Shown here in pieces: positions 51,988-62,240 of a stretch of 64,000 bases of DNA. Position 1 is the first letter of the stretch; each line of letters begins with the position of its first letter. Under the pieces are notes generated by a model. It was not told the origin of the DNA. It made no database searches and saw nothing but the letters and a program-made list of their open reading frames with translations. Origin of the DNA: Blastocatellia bacterium (lineage in GTDB: Bacteria; Acidobacteriota; Blastocatellia; Pyrinomonadales; Pyrinomonadaceae). The stretch is from contig CAVOQJ010000010.1 of the NCBI GenBank assembly GCA_963698325.1, positions 318,245 through 382,244 of the forward strand, in the 5' to 3' direction. The position numbers were made by a program, and so were the translations under genes.

Positions 51988-53202
51988 ATGACATAAGCTT
52001 TCCATCAAAGATCTCGACCTGAAGGCAAACGTGTCTTCATCCGCGTCGACTTCAACGTCCCCGTTAAGGAGGGCAAGGTGGAAGACGATACGCGTATTCG
52101 CGCCGCGTTGCCCACAATTGAGTATGCCGAGGGGTGAAGGCGCACGAGTGATACTTGCTTCTCACCTTGGCCGGCCGAAAGGTGAGCGCGTCGACAAATA
52201 CAGCCTGATGCCAGTCGCTGAGCATCTCTCGAGTCTGCTGGGAAAACCGGTTGCTTTTGCGAGTGACTGCATCGGTGAAGAGACCGAATCCAAAGCAGCA
52301 GCATTGCAGGATGGCGACGTGTTGTTGCTCGAGAATCTGCGCTTCCATAAAGAAGAAGAGAAGAACGACGATGCCTTCGCACAACAGCTCGCGCGGCTGT
52401 GCGACGAGTTTATGTAAACGATGCTTTTGGCGCGGCACATCGCGCACATGCTTCAACCGTCGGGATCACCAGACACGTCGACAAGGCTGCCGCAGGTTTG
52501 TTGATGCAGAAGGAACTTGACTATCTCGGTCGCGTAATCAACGAGTCCAGAGCATCCGTTCGTGGCAATACTCGGCGGCGCAAAAGTGTCAGACAAGATT
52601 CCGGTGATCAGCGCGCTGATCGATCGCAAAGTCGACAAGCTTCTGATTGGCGGAGCCATGGCCTACACATTTTTCAAAGCGGAAGGGTTTACGGTCGGCA
52701 AGTCGCTGGTTGAAAACGATATGCTGCAGACGGCGCTGGAGATCATGAAGCGGGCGGAAGCCGAAGGGAGTTGAACTGTTGCTGCCGACTGATCACCAGG
52801 TGGTGGATAGTTACGAGCCAATAAAGGGCGAGAAGATCATTGCCAAGACTATTCCGATTGAGTTTACGAACGCGGGTCATGCGGGCATGGACATTGGCGT
52901 TGAAACAGTCGCACATTTTTCGCAACGCTTTGCAGGATGCGCGCACCATCATCTGGAACGGTCCGATGGGAGTTTTTGAAGAACCACCGTTCGATCAGGG
53001 AACGATCGGCATTGCTCGAGCGGTGGCCGAGGCCGCCGATCGGGGTGCGATTGTGATTGTGGGCGGAGGAGATTCAGTGGCTGCCGTGACGCAGGCCGGC
53101 GTCGCCGATCGCATCACCCATATTTCCACGGGCGGCGGCGCGACGCTCGAGTTTCTTGCTGGAGAGGAATTGCCGGGAGTAACGGCGTTGAATGATAAAT
53201 GA
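51988..53202 (+). pseudogene. pgk: Phosphoglycerate kinase with about seven frame disruptions
   Basis: PGK sequence can be read only by hopping frames: [10 protein letters not shown] | [33 protein letters not shown] | EGARVILASHLGRPKG...LCDEF | [16 protein letters not shown]...VINES | [13 protein letters not shown]...AEAEG | LLPTDHQVVD...GMDIG..VAHFSQ | [18 protein letters not shown]...GGGATLEFL. Confidence 0.85.
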
Positions 53203-53216
53203 CGCACCACCGCCAT

Positions 53217-53312
53217 TTGGGTCTTTGGCCTTTGGTCTTTGGTCTTTGACTCGCTTCGACAGATCGACTCGCGAATCTGGATTTCCGAAACCAAAGACCT
53301 AAGACCAAAGGC
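53217..53312. repeat. Hairpin element, family H, second copy
   Basis: TTGGGTCTTTGGCCTTTGGTCTTTGGTCTTTG pairs with CCGAAACCAAAGACCTAAGACCAAAGGCG. Confidence 0.8.
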
Positions 53313-53321
53313 GAAATTCTT

Positions 53322-54084
<763 letters not shown>

Positions 54085-54085
54085 A

Positions 54086-54262
54086 TGGTAAATCGTGAAT
54101 AGGAGAGACGGACAGACAGTGAAACGTGAATAGTAAATCGTAAATAGGAGAGACTGGGCGCTGCTGTTGCGATTTCATTTCACGATTCACGATTTACTAT
54201 TCACGATTCACGGTTCACTGATATCACTTTTCACCTGTCACTTTTCACTGTTAATGGGAGAT
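54086..54262. repeat. Hairpin element, family I/D composite
   Basis: GGTAAATCGTGAATAGG...GTGAAACGTGAATAGTAAATCGTAAATAGG pairs with CGATTTCATTTCACGATTCACGATTTACTATTCACGATTCACGG, followed by CACTTTTCACCTGTCACTTTTCACTG. Confidence 0.75.
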
Positions 54263-54267
54263 CCAAT

Positions 54268-54630
54268 TTGTTGAACTACATTTTATACGCACTATTTATT
54301 CTGGCGTGCCTGGTCCTGGTTGTCGTTGTGCTGTTACAGCCGGGCAAATCGGGCGCCGGCGATCTGTTTTCCAGCAGCGTTTCGAGTACAGCGTTTGGCC
54401 CACGCGGTACCGCAAGCATTCTATCGAAGATCACCATCGGAGCCGCGGCGGCTTTCATGCTCATCGCATTGATGCTATCGCTGCCGGCGGTAACGGGGAG
54501 TCACTCGGTGTTGCAATCAAATGAACCGGAAGCGACGCCCACACCGCAGGCATCGCCGGCGGCCAGCCTAACTCCCGCAGCGTCACCGGTGACTTCACCG
54601 GCTGCTTCACCAGCCGCATCGCCGAAGTAA
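54268..54630 (+). CDS. secG: Preprotein translocase subunit SecG with an Ala/Pro/Ser-rich tail
   Basis: [29 protein letters not shown], and a second TM ITIGAAAAFMLIALMLSL. Classic gap-pgk-tpiA-secG order. TTG start. Confidence 0.85.
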   Translation: MLNYILYALFILACLVLVVVVLLQPGKSGAGDLFSSSVSSTAFGPRGTASILSKITIGAAAAFMLIALMLSLPAVTGSHSVLQSNEPEATPTPQASPAASLTPAASPVTSPAASPAASPK

Positions 54631-54804
54631 GCCGCAGAGGTAGACCGAGGTAATCCGCGAAGGTGTGCCGAGGTAATAGGCAGTGGTAGACCGAAGCAAG
54701 TCCCAGAGGTAGAGTCGAGCAAACCGCAATCTCACGCGCGGAATTTACGATGCGCGCTGGGGACCTCGCAAAGTTTGCGATACCATTGTTATCTGATAAT
54801 TTGA

Positions 54805-54886
54805 GCCGAAGTGGCGGAACTGGCAGACGCGCACGTTTGAGGGGCGTGTGAGGCAACTCGTGGGGGTTCGAGTCCCCCCTTCGGCA
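54805..54886 (+). tRNA. tRNA-Leu (anticodon GAG), long variable arm, CCA not encoded
   Basis: Acceptor GCCGAAG/CTTCGGC, anticodon arm CACGT-TTGAGGG-GCGTG, variable arm TGAGGCAACTCGT, T arm GGGGG-TTCGAGT-CCCCC, discriminator A. Confidence 0.85.
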
Positions 54887-55262
54887 CAATACCTGCTTCT
54901 TTTTCTTCGAAAAACCTCATATTTTTCGCTTAGTGTCCAATTAGTGCCCGCACTTTCCGCACCGTGCGCACTCCGTTGTACCTTAGTTGTCCATCACGAC
55001 GGCCGCCACCTATCTAAGTCTGCCTAGCGCAAAAACTCGTTTCTGTAATTCGAGTCCCCCTGTGGGAATCAAGGGGCACTCACATGGACGCACAGCACGC
55101 CAAAGCGATAGAACGGGTGCGCATTGCCGGAATCGACTGGCTAGTCGTGGGACAGACACTTTTGAGAAGATGTGAGTTGTGCCTAGTGTACGTTTGTTCT
55201 CACGAATTGTGCGGCAATTGTGCGGGCGGGCGCCCGATCTTCAGATTGACACGGTAGGGGTC

Positions 55263-55290
55263 TGGGGTTCAAATCCCCACATGGCTACCA
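55263..55290 (+). other. 3' fragment of a second, unrelated tRNA (T arm + acceptor 3' strand + CCA)
   Basis: TGGGG-TTCAAAT-CCCCA-CATGGCT-A-CCA. No complementary AGCCATG 5' acceptor strand within 100 nt upstream. Confidence 0.65.
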
Positions 55291-55477
55291 ACAATAAGTT
55301 ACGCTGTACAACCCCGTTCTCCGTTGCTCCAAAACGCTCCAGTTTCTGACCGTTTATTTCCACGCCAAATGACTTGTCGATGCCGAAAGCGACGCGGAGC
55401 CGAGGCGGCAAAGTCCTTCAGCAATTCAACCTGACATCCTGGGCACAGAACTGCTCGCAACAGGAGGTGGTTGTGAC

Positions 55478-56791
55478 TCACAAGTCCAGTATGAAGTCCT
55501 TGCGAATGTTCTTTTGCCCTTTCAGATCCTGGGTGGTAAAGAAATCTGTTTCCTGGGTTAGAGCCTCAACCAGTGGACGCCTGGGGACTTCTGTCTTCGG
55601 CGGACTTCCATGCTTACCGGACATCGTAGAAACCACCGCTTGTAACCGTCCGGGTTTCTTTTTGGGGGATCGATTCTTAAACAATTTCCAGAGCGACTTA
55701 GGAGTTGCGTTCAAGCTGCCGTGATGTCCGACCTTGTAAAGATTTACTCCTGCAAGCGCTTTGCGAATGGCTGGTTTGCTGAGAGCGTAGGACCAATTCT
55801 CGATCTGTGCATCACCGGGAAACAAAAGCTTCTTTCCGCCCACCTCGAATAGCAGAATCAGACTGGTGTTATTCATCACCTTGTCCAGGGCCCGCATGAT
55901 GCCCAGTAATTGTGTGCCGCGGATTAATTTCAACCGGTCAATAAACCAGCGGGTGGATGGGGGCATGCGCGATGCCGGATAGGTGCCGGCGCCTTTGAAC
56001 AATTTACCCTCCGGGCTCGCAGCGAAATTGCCCGCCAACGCCTGAAGGTGCCAGAACTCATCCTCATCCTTGCTCTTCATCTTACGAATACTTTCCGACT
56101 GCTTGAGTGTGGGTGGTCCCAGTACCGTGATCTTGACTCCGGGGAGTACGCTCGCAAGGCCGGAGTTGGACCCGAAATTAGCATAGACGGCTTTCTTAGC
56201 TTTGCCGCTTTTATTCTTTCCAGAGCCCATCGCCATCAGGTTCTTTACTGCCGACAGATTGCTCAGATTGTCTTCGCCCAGAAAGCTCAGTTGCTCGTGT
56301 AGTTGCTGGCCGATCATCGACTTGCGGCGTTCCACTTCGCTCAGAACTGCCGCCGAAATAGCGTGCATGTCGCGGAGTGCGGTGCCGAAGGCGAGTTCCT
56401 TGGAGCCCGAAGCTTTCACCGTGCCGGTGACTGGATTGGCCCTCGGATGCTCGGTCCAGGGCTGGACCACCACGTCAGGATCGCAACTCGCGATAATGCT
56501 TCCGGGAGCGTTCTTGCCACCGGTCGTCGTGAAGCCGCTGACATGGTCCTTATGGCGGTGGGTCGCCACAACTGCATGAAGCTTGCCACCACATTGCTCG
56601 CGAATGTCGGTGGCCACCCGGTTCATGAGTTTCGGTCCCATACTTTTTTTCGTGCCGGTACTGCCAAAGTCGATCAGTAGGTGGCGATCAAACTTTTTAT
56701 AGTGAAAGGTCAACAGAAAGCAGTCACCAAAGCCTACCTGATAAGTCCGCAAGGTCATTTTGGTTGGTTTGTTGCTGGCCATAATTACCAC
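55478..56791 (-). CDS. MBL-fold metallo-hydrolase (cytoplasmic)
   Basis: GFGDCFLLTF, LIDFGS, VVATHRHKDHVSG (HxHxDH), LLFPGDAQIENW, YKVGHHGSLNA. No signal peptide. Confidence 0.85.
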   Translation of the reverse strand: MVIMASNKPTKMTLRTYQVGFGDCFLLTFHYKKFDRHLLIDFGSTGTKKSMGPKLMNRVATDIREQCGGKLHAVVATHRHKDHVSGFTTTGGKNAPGSIIASCDPDVVVQPWTEHPRANPVTGTVKASGSKELAFGTALRDMHAISAAVLSEVERRKSMIGQQLHEQLSFLGEDNLSNLSAVKNLMAMGSGKNKSGKAKKAVYANFGSNSGLASVLPGVKITVLGPPTLKQSESIRKMKSKDEDEFWHLQALAGNFAASPEGKLFKGAGTYPASRMPPSTRWFIDRLKLIRGTQLLGIMRALDKVMNNTSLILLFEVGGKKLLFPGDAQIENWSYALSKPAIRKALAGVNLYKVGHHGSLNATPKSLWKLFKNRSPKKKPGRLQAVVSTMSGKHGSPPKTEVPRRPLVEALTQETDFFTTQDLKGQKNIRKDFILDL

Positions 56792-58503
56792 TCCTCCGGG
56801 GCTTCGTTCGGAATATGCTCAATCATGCGGTGCAGATGCAGCGACGAAAAACGAAAGGCGGCTGGTCCATTCTTGATAAAGCCGTAGTCCCAGAGGTACT
56901 TCAGCCGTTGCGTTTGCCGCTCCTCGTCGCTAACCCGGTTGCGAACATGAAACTTCAGTCGGCCATACTCGTCGAATATCAGCGCGCCGCCGCCGAAGAG
57001 CGTCACCAGCTGATCCTTAGGCATGTCCGGCGGCACCTTAATCTTTAGAGATTTCAGCTCCGAGGCTGCAAGGTTAATGATCTGAATGTACTCGGCAACT
57101 GTTTCGCGCAGCGCGAAGCCGTCCGGACCTATGCGCAAGCAAGGTCGCACCGAGAGCACGCGGCTGTAGGCATCGTCGTTTAATCGGAGTACCCGGCGAT
57201 TTTCCCAAATGAAGCGAAACACCTCATCCGGGTCGCGCTGCATGAACTCGAAGTGGGTACGCTCATAATTCAAATCTGCTTCGGGAGGATCCCAAACACC
57301 GGGTTCGCTTGGTATGCCCTTTGACGCCGGATCAATGCCATAGCTGACAAAGCTTTTTCTCAAGATTTCGCGGAACTCATATTTAGAATCATCGGGATTA
57401 ATTTCGCGATCAGACGTCAGCACGGCGCTAAGGTAATCGCAAAACTCCAGGTTCACTGGCGGCGTGTAATCCAGGGCGCGAATTGCCATCGTCAATAGAT
57501 AGTCAGCAACGCTCGCTCCTTCCTCCACCACCCGTCTCCGATCAAGGTAGCCTTTTTCGATTTCGCCGAGTCCCTTCAGCCGCTTTACCCAGACGCTTAA
57601 GAAAGCATTCATCATTGCCGCGACCAGTATTTCTCCGCGACGATGGGGCTCGACGTATTCGGGATCAGACATGTATTTGCGGGACGGCAGCAGTTTCGCC
57701 GAGCGACGCAGCGCGTCTCCCCGAACCAATGCCATTTCCTGACCCATTTCTTCGGCCAGCCCGAGGAGGGCGGACAGTCGTAGTTTTTCGGCGGTCAGTT
57801 CGCTGCGAGCAAGGAGTTGGTCTTTGCGTTTCGCCGAACGAAGGTCGATCACCGTTTCCACTACTCCCGGCACAGCAAAAACCGAAAGCAAGGCCACGAT
57901 GTCGGCGAAGCCTTCGTGAAATGCTGCTTGTTCAGGTGAGGAAGGATCGGTGTAACGCTCTCGAAGACCGTCGAGCAATGCGTGAGTTGTCTCGTGAGCA
58001 ACTACGTCATGCGAAAGAGAGGAGTACACCATTCGACCACTGGTCGCGGGAAAATATCCAAACAACAAGGATTGATCCCGTTCGGAGTAGAAGGCATTGG
58101 CATCAGCGAAAGCATGTGGTGCTACCTTGATTTGATGTCCATAAAACCCCCAACGCACTCGTCTACCGAGAGCGAATTCAAAACGCGCCAGGGTTTTCAT
58201 AACAATGGCGTAGACATTCTGGGCATGGAAATTTGGATCATTCAGCAGCTCGCTGTCAGAAGCTGCCGCAAAAGGATCCCCGTCGCCAGCCGTGTTGAGG
58301 CGTGGATATTCGATCGGTTTGTACAGCGTTAGGGTTGAAGAGTCGTAGTCTACGACGTGCACGCGGTAGCCGCGCGGACCGACTCCGATCTCTTCAGCCG
58401 GCACATCGATACTGGCCCGGAGAATCTTGTTCTTGACTCGCACGCTCGGATCTTGCGCGATGATAGTTAGCTTGCGAGTGCGCGGTTGTTGTAGTGAAGC
58501 CAT
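56785..58503 (-). CDS. Thermolysin-like (M4-type gluzincin) metallopeptidase lacking signal peptide and propeptide
   Basis: DANAFYSERDQSLLFGY...HDVVAHETTHALLDG...AAFHEGFADIVA parallels thermolysin NNAFWNG..MVYGDG...VVAHELTHAVTD...AINEAISDIFG. 7-nt overlap with the MBL gene. Confidence 0.75.
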   Translation of the reverse strand: MASLQQPRTRKLTIIAQDPSVRVKNKILRASIDVPAEEIGVGPRGYRVHVVDYDSSTLTLYKPIEYPRLNTAGDGDPFAAASDSELLNDPNFHAQNVYAIVMKTLARFEFALGRRVRWGFYGHQIKVAPHAFADANAFYSERDQSLLFGYFPATSGRMVYSSLSHDVVAHETTHALLDGLRERYTDPSSPEQAAFHEGFADIVALLSVFAVPGVVETVIDLRSAKRKDQLLARSELTAEKLRLSALLGLAEEMGQEMALVRGDALRRSAKLLPSRKYMSDPEYVEPHRRGEILVAAMMNAFLSVWVKRLKGLGEIEKGYLDRRRVVEEGASVADYLLTMAIRALDYTPPVNLEFCDYLSAVLTSDREINPDDSKYEFREILRKSFVSYGIDPASKGIPSEPGVWDPPEADLNYERTHFEFMQRDPDEVFRFIWENRRVLRLNDDAYSRVLSVRPCLRIGPDGFALRETVAEYIQIINLAASELKSLKIKVPPDMPKDQLVTLFGGGALIFDEYGRLKFHVRNRVSDEERQTQRLKYLWDYGFIKNGPAAFRFSSLHLHRMIEHIPNEAPEEW

Positions 58504-60452
58504 AGCTTATTAATCCTCCGGTAGTACGTAAGGTGAAGCACCAGGTTGGCTTGCTTGGTGTAAGAGTAGATTGCCTTGCCCGGTGTCCTGAAATCAGCGA
58601 TGTTTGAAACGAGCCTTCCTCGTAAGTTTATGTTGGTCTCCAGAAGGATTTGGACAGGTCCCTCGTCGCCGGTTGGCGCGCTAACTAGAATGACCTCCGG
58701 ATCGACTTGCATTATGGTGGCCTCCTTGCCGCCAAACAAGACTCGAACAACGTGGCGAAAATTGATTCCGCGCAGCGTGACGACCGCGGTTTTAGTCCCA
58801 AGCCCCTCCGGCTTGTTGGTCGTCGCGTTTACCACACTGCTTATCGAGGGGGCGGCAGGTATGCCGATGTCGAAAATCCGCGTTACGCCGTTAGCGCCGG
58901 CCACCGTCAAGGGCACTGGATCGCGTCGCGCCGCGATGCGGATGCGGTACCGATGATTTCCGAGGCTGGTGGGGCCGTCAATAATCGAACCGTCACGCGC
59001 CTCAATCCGCACGCCCGGCGCAACGTCCTGCCCAGAAACGGTAACGATGAGATCGATAACTGGCAGCCGGCCACCTGCGGCTGGATCGTAGCGAATAATT
59101 TCGTAGTTGGATATGACGGTTTGTTGGAAACTGACATAGCCTTCCTGCACCGCCTGTCTGGAGGTATTCCGATATCGGATTTTGACCGCACGGCCTTCAG
59201 CGGGTCGACGAAACTTCAATCTATACAGGCCGGGGCTCAGATGGGTCGCTTCCTCGCCGTTCGCTGTATCCAGAGGTTGGGGCCCAATAAAGAATCTGGC
59301 GCCACGACGCAAGCCGGTGCCTTGAAGATGGACCGTCACAAACTGCGGATCGGAGTCGTCGACGACTTCAATACTGGCCACGGCGAACGTGTCGGCAAAC
59401 ATTGGCTCAACTTCACTGATTTCGGAGAGCGACATGTTCCGGTAGTAAAAATTGATGTCCTCAAGCTTGAAGAAGTTAATGGCCGAGGTTTTCTCTGGCG
59501 TCACCAGAGTGATCAAGGGAGTTCCGACGTACTCCTGTGGCATCTTGAAGCTGAGAATAAGTTGTTGCGGATTCAGGTATTCAAACTCCCCGGCTGGATC
59601 CACCGCCGCGCCCGCAAACGTGTTCGCGATCGAGCTTTCATTCTTCGCGATTGACACCGCCCGCTTCAGGGGCACGCCATTAACCAGAATTCCCGTGAGC
59701 GGAGAGAAGTATTTCCCGTCGATTATTACGGTCGCCTGCTTGCCTTTCTCCACCGGCGTGTAGGTAACGCGATCTACCCAAAAACCTTCGGTGCGTTCAT
59801 TGGGGACCAGCATTCTATGTGTTCCCGCGCCGTAGCCTTCGTTAACCTGGGCCACCTCTTTCACCGTGGTATCGCCAGGCGAAACGTCACGCTTGTAGAC
59901 TTTGGCCGCAACCTTAAGTTCGAGTGCCAGAGCGTCGCTGGGAATGGCCAGAATTGCGTAGGTTGTGCGTACGCCGGGCGCAAGCCGCTTGGTTCCGCGG
60001 AGTGGCCCAAAAGTCCAACCGAAGTTACTCATTCCTTTTCCGTATGCCGAAGCATAAACTTCTTGTTGAATGAATTGCTCGTAAAGCGATCGTTGGCGTT
60101 GAAAGCTTACTGTTCCTCCCAGCCCAAACATCGTCAGAAATCTGGCAGTGAGCGCAAGACCCTTCTGCGTTCCGTGTTGGTCGTTGACGTTCAATGCGCT
60201 CTGCCGCGGAATGATATCGATTACCCGAAACTTAGTTGGGTCTGCCGTGCCCCAGCACTCATCTTTCAGTGTCTCCGCGATAACCGGATCTTCGTCAAGG
60301 ATTTTGAGCCCACCGTCATCGTTCTCTCTCAGCATGTCCAGAGTGATCGGCTCGGCCTGAGTTTCCTCGTCTTTTTTGGAGGTGACATAGATCTTGTTGT
60401 CATAAACCTCAGCACTCAGCTGTTTTCTTTTCAAGATCGAATCCAGCACCAC
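58467..60452 (-). CDS. C-terminal part of a large secreted protein: second half of an STN/N0-like domain, beta-rich region, IPT/TIG-like domains
   Basis: Begins VLDSILKRKQLSAEVYDNKIYVTS, which is the second half of an N0/STN fold. IPT-like segments: VDRVTYTPVEKGKQATVIIDGKYFSPLTGILVNGVPL and PSISSVVNAT...AVVTLRGINFRHVVRVLFGGKEATIMQVDPEVILVSAP. Confidence 0.7.
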   Translation of the reverse strand: MVLDSILKRKQLSAEVYDNKIYVTSKKDEETQAEPITLDMLRENDDGGLKILDEDPVIAETLKDECWGTADPTKFRVIDIIPRQSALNVNDQHGTQKGLALTARFLTMFGLGGTVSFQRQRSLYEQFIQQEVYASAYGKGMSNFGWTFGPLRGTKRLAPGVRTTYAILAIPSDALALELKVAAKVYKRDVSPGDTTVKEVAQVNEGYGAGTHRMLVPNERTEGFWVDRVTYTPVEKGKQATVIIDGKYFSPLTGILVNGVPLKRAVSIAKNESSIANTFAGAAVDPAGEFEYLNPQQLILSFKMPQEYVGTPLITLVTPEKTSAINFFKLEDINFYYRNMSLSEISEVEPMFADTFAVASIEVVDDSDPQFVTVHLQGTGLRRGARFFIGPQPLDTANGEEATHLSPGLYRLKFRRPAEGRAVKIRYRNTSRQAVQEGYVSFQQTVISNYEIIRYDPAAGGRLPVIDLIVTVSGQDVAPGVRIEARDGSIIDGPTSLGNHRYRIRIAARRDPVPLTVAGANGVTRIFDIGIPAAPSISSVVNATTNKPEGLGTKTAVVTLRGINFRHVVRVLFGGKEATIMQVDPEVILVSAPTGDEGPVQILLETNINLRGRLVSNIADFRTPGKAIYSYTKQANLVLHLTYYRRINKLWLHYNNRALAS

Positions 60453-60455
60453 ATT

Positions 60456-61553
60456 CTACGGTTTGTCACTGACCCTGGCTGTGATTTGGATCGAGCCTAC
60501 GGCCCTGTCAACGACGAATACTGGCCCGTATTGTTCATGAATGTAATCTAAAACGTCGCGCAGCGAGGCGTTGACCACGTTCAGATTGATCGGTTCTCCA
60601 CGAAAACCGCTTTGCCCGTAATGGGCACCTGTTGTTTCCGGCGCGGTAGCCTTTGGGCAACCACTGAAACTTGAACCAAAAAAGCGCGCAACTTGCCACT
60701 CAAGTCTCACCACATAGTCATCGTCTGCCTTGGGCACTGAGTAGAGCGACATTGGCATTTCGAGGAAGACGAGCCGTTGGTTCGGTCCAACCTCGTCGCG
60801 CAAGAGCGTTAGCTGCTTGGCAATCACTTCGTACTGCATCTGAATATAGTTTTCCAGTGTGGTCGACGCATTGAGCTGAGGTGTCGCCACGGTGGTATTC
60901 AGCTTATCGAACATAGTCTTGACGTTGTCCGGTAAAGTTCCCGGAGTAGCGGTAGGTATGCTGCCCTTGTACGCGGTTGGCGCTCCAGGGGCCGTAACCG
61001 CTGCACGCAACAAATCCATCTCCGCCTTGAGAGCGTCGCGTTCGGCCGTCTTCGCCGCAAGTTGGGCCACCACCAGTTTTCGTTGCTCGGCCAATTCCGG
61101 CTTATCGGCGGGCAAGGCTGCTAGCTGTATGGTTAGACTCGACGTTTCACGCACTGCATCAGTGTATGGCGCTGTCAGTGCGTCAAGCCTGCTCTGCGAC
61201 GCGTTAAATCGACTTAAATCTGCCTCGAATCGCTGGTTCAAGATACTGTTCTGTCCGCCGGCCACCGTGTCGAGACCAACATCCGCTCCCACCAATGTGC
61301 GCAACATGCTCATACGAGTGGCGGTGGCAGAACTGGGATTCAGTTCGGATGGGAGGGGGACCTTAACGCCCAGGTCGCGACTCCGTTCTCGCATGTTGGC
61401 AAGCAGGTAGTGAGCCTGGCCGAGCGACCAGATATTCGGTTGGCCTACTTCGATGGTGATTTGGGATTTGTTCTGGCCTCTTACGTTAAGCGAGCAGATA
61501 GGAAGTAATAGACTGAGACAAGTAACGGCCGCTAACTGAGCGCGAAAAGACAT
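60456..61553 (-). CDS. N-terminal part of the same secreted protein: signal peptide, helical/coiled region, first half of the STN/N0-like domain
   Basis: MSFRAQLAAVTCLSLLLPICSLNVRGQ signal, then a Gln/Ala/Leu-rich helical region. Ends INLNVVNASLRDVLDYIHEQYGPVFVVDRAVGSIQITARVSDKP, followed by TAG. Confidence 0.7.
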   Translation of the reverse strand: MSFRAQLAAVTCLSLLLPICSLNVRGQNKSQITIEVGQPNIWSLGQAHYLLANMRERSRDLGVKVPLPSELNPSSATATRMSMLRTLVGADVGLDTVAGGQNSILNQRFEADLSRFNASQSRLDALTAPYTDAVRETSSLTIQLAALPADKPELAEQRKLVVAQLAAKTAERDALKAEMDLLRAAVTAPGAPTAYKGSIPTATPGTLPDNVKTMFDKLNTTVATPQLNASTTLENYIQMQYEVIAKQLTLLRDEVGPNQRLVFLEMPMSLYSVPKADDDYVVRLEWQVARFFGSSFSGCPKATAPETTGAHYGQSGFRGEPINLNVVNASLRDVLDYIHEQYGPVFVVDRAVGSIQITARVSDKP

Positions 61554-62240
61554 GACTTTGTTCTCCAGGGAGATTTTTTTCTGATTTCTACGACGTGGAT
61601 TCAGGCTGGGCAGAGAACCTAGCGGCCTGAACATCAGTTGTTCTAGCTCTTTTCAACTTAGAGCGGGTCAGGAACATTGAGAGCGCCAAACGTTGAGTCC
61701 TGCGTCAGGTGCCCTTATCGCAACAGTTGGGAAACAGGCTTAGAGGCCAGCCGAATCAAGAGCGAGATGACAGTCCTATACTCTTGTTTGCATCGTCAGT
61801 CAAGAATTACATAAGTCAGAATTACATAAGTCTCGCGGCGAACTTTTTCATCCGTTCTTAGCCCAACCTGCTACTGCCAACTAACAATGCGATTGAATAC
61901 ACCACCATTTGCGATTCGAGCTCGTCTACCCTCAATGACATTAAGGCACAAGACATTTCGCAAGACTTTTGGTTCGGGTTTTCACATTCTAGTATGCGAA
62001 TAGGTCGCGCAATTGGTCGGGTGTGCCTTGACACGGCATTCCTCCGCGGGTCAAATTCGCCCGCACCTAACCGATGGGCTAAATAACTTAGGTGAGGAAT
62101 TCATGTGGAACACTACCTCCGTGGATTAGGAGGCCGTTTGCAAGATCAGAGAATGTTTGTTTCGATCACAAGGAACGAGGGAGGAGCAAGAGCTGAAGCC
62201 CCTGCGGGGCGAGGGTGCGCTGGAGAAAGATGCACGCCGC

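Noticed and set aside
51988-53202. Programmed ribosomal frameshifting or recoding in pgk.
   Set aside because: There are about seven shifts in both directions with no slippery-site or structure pattern. Sequencing error or gene decay is far more likely.
54461-54889. 142-aa minus-strand ORF overlapping secG and tRNA-Leu.
   Set aside because: It overlaps a well-folded tRNA and the secG tail, and has no motifs.
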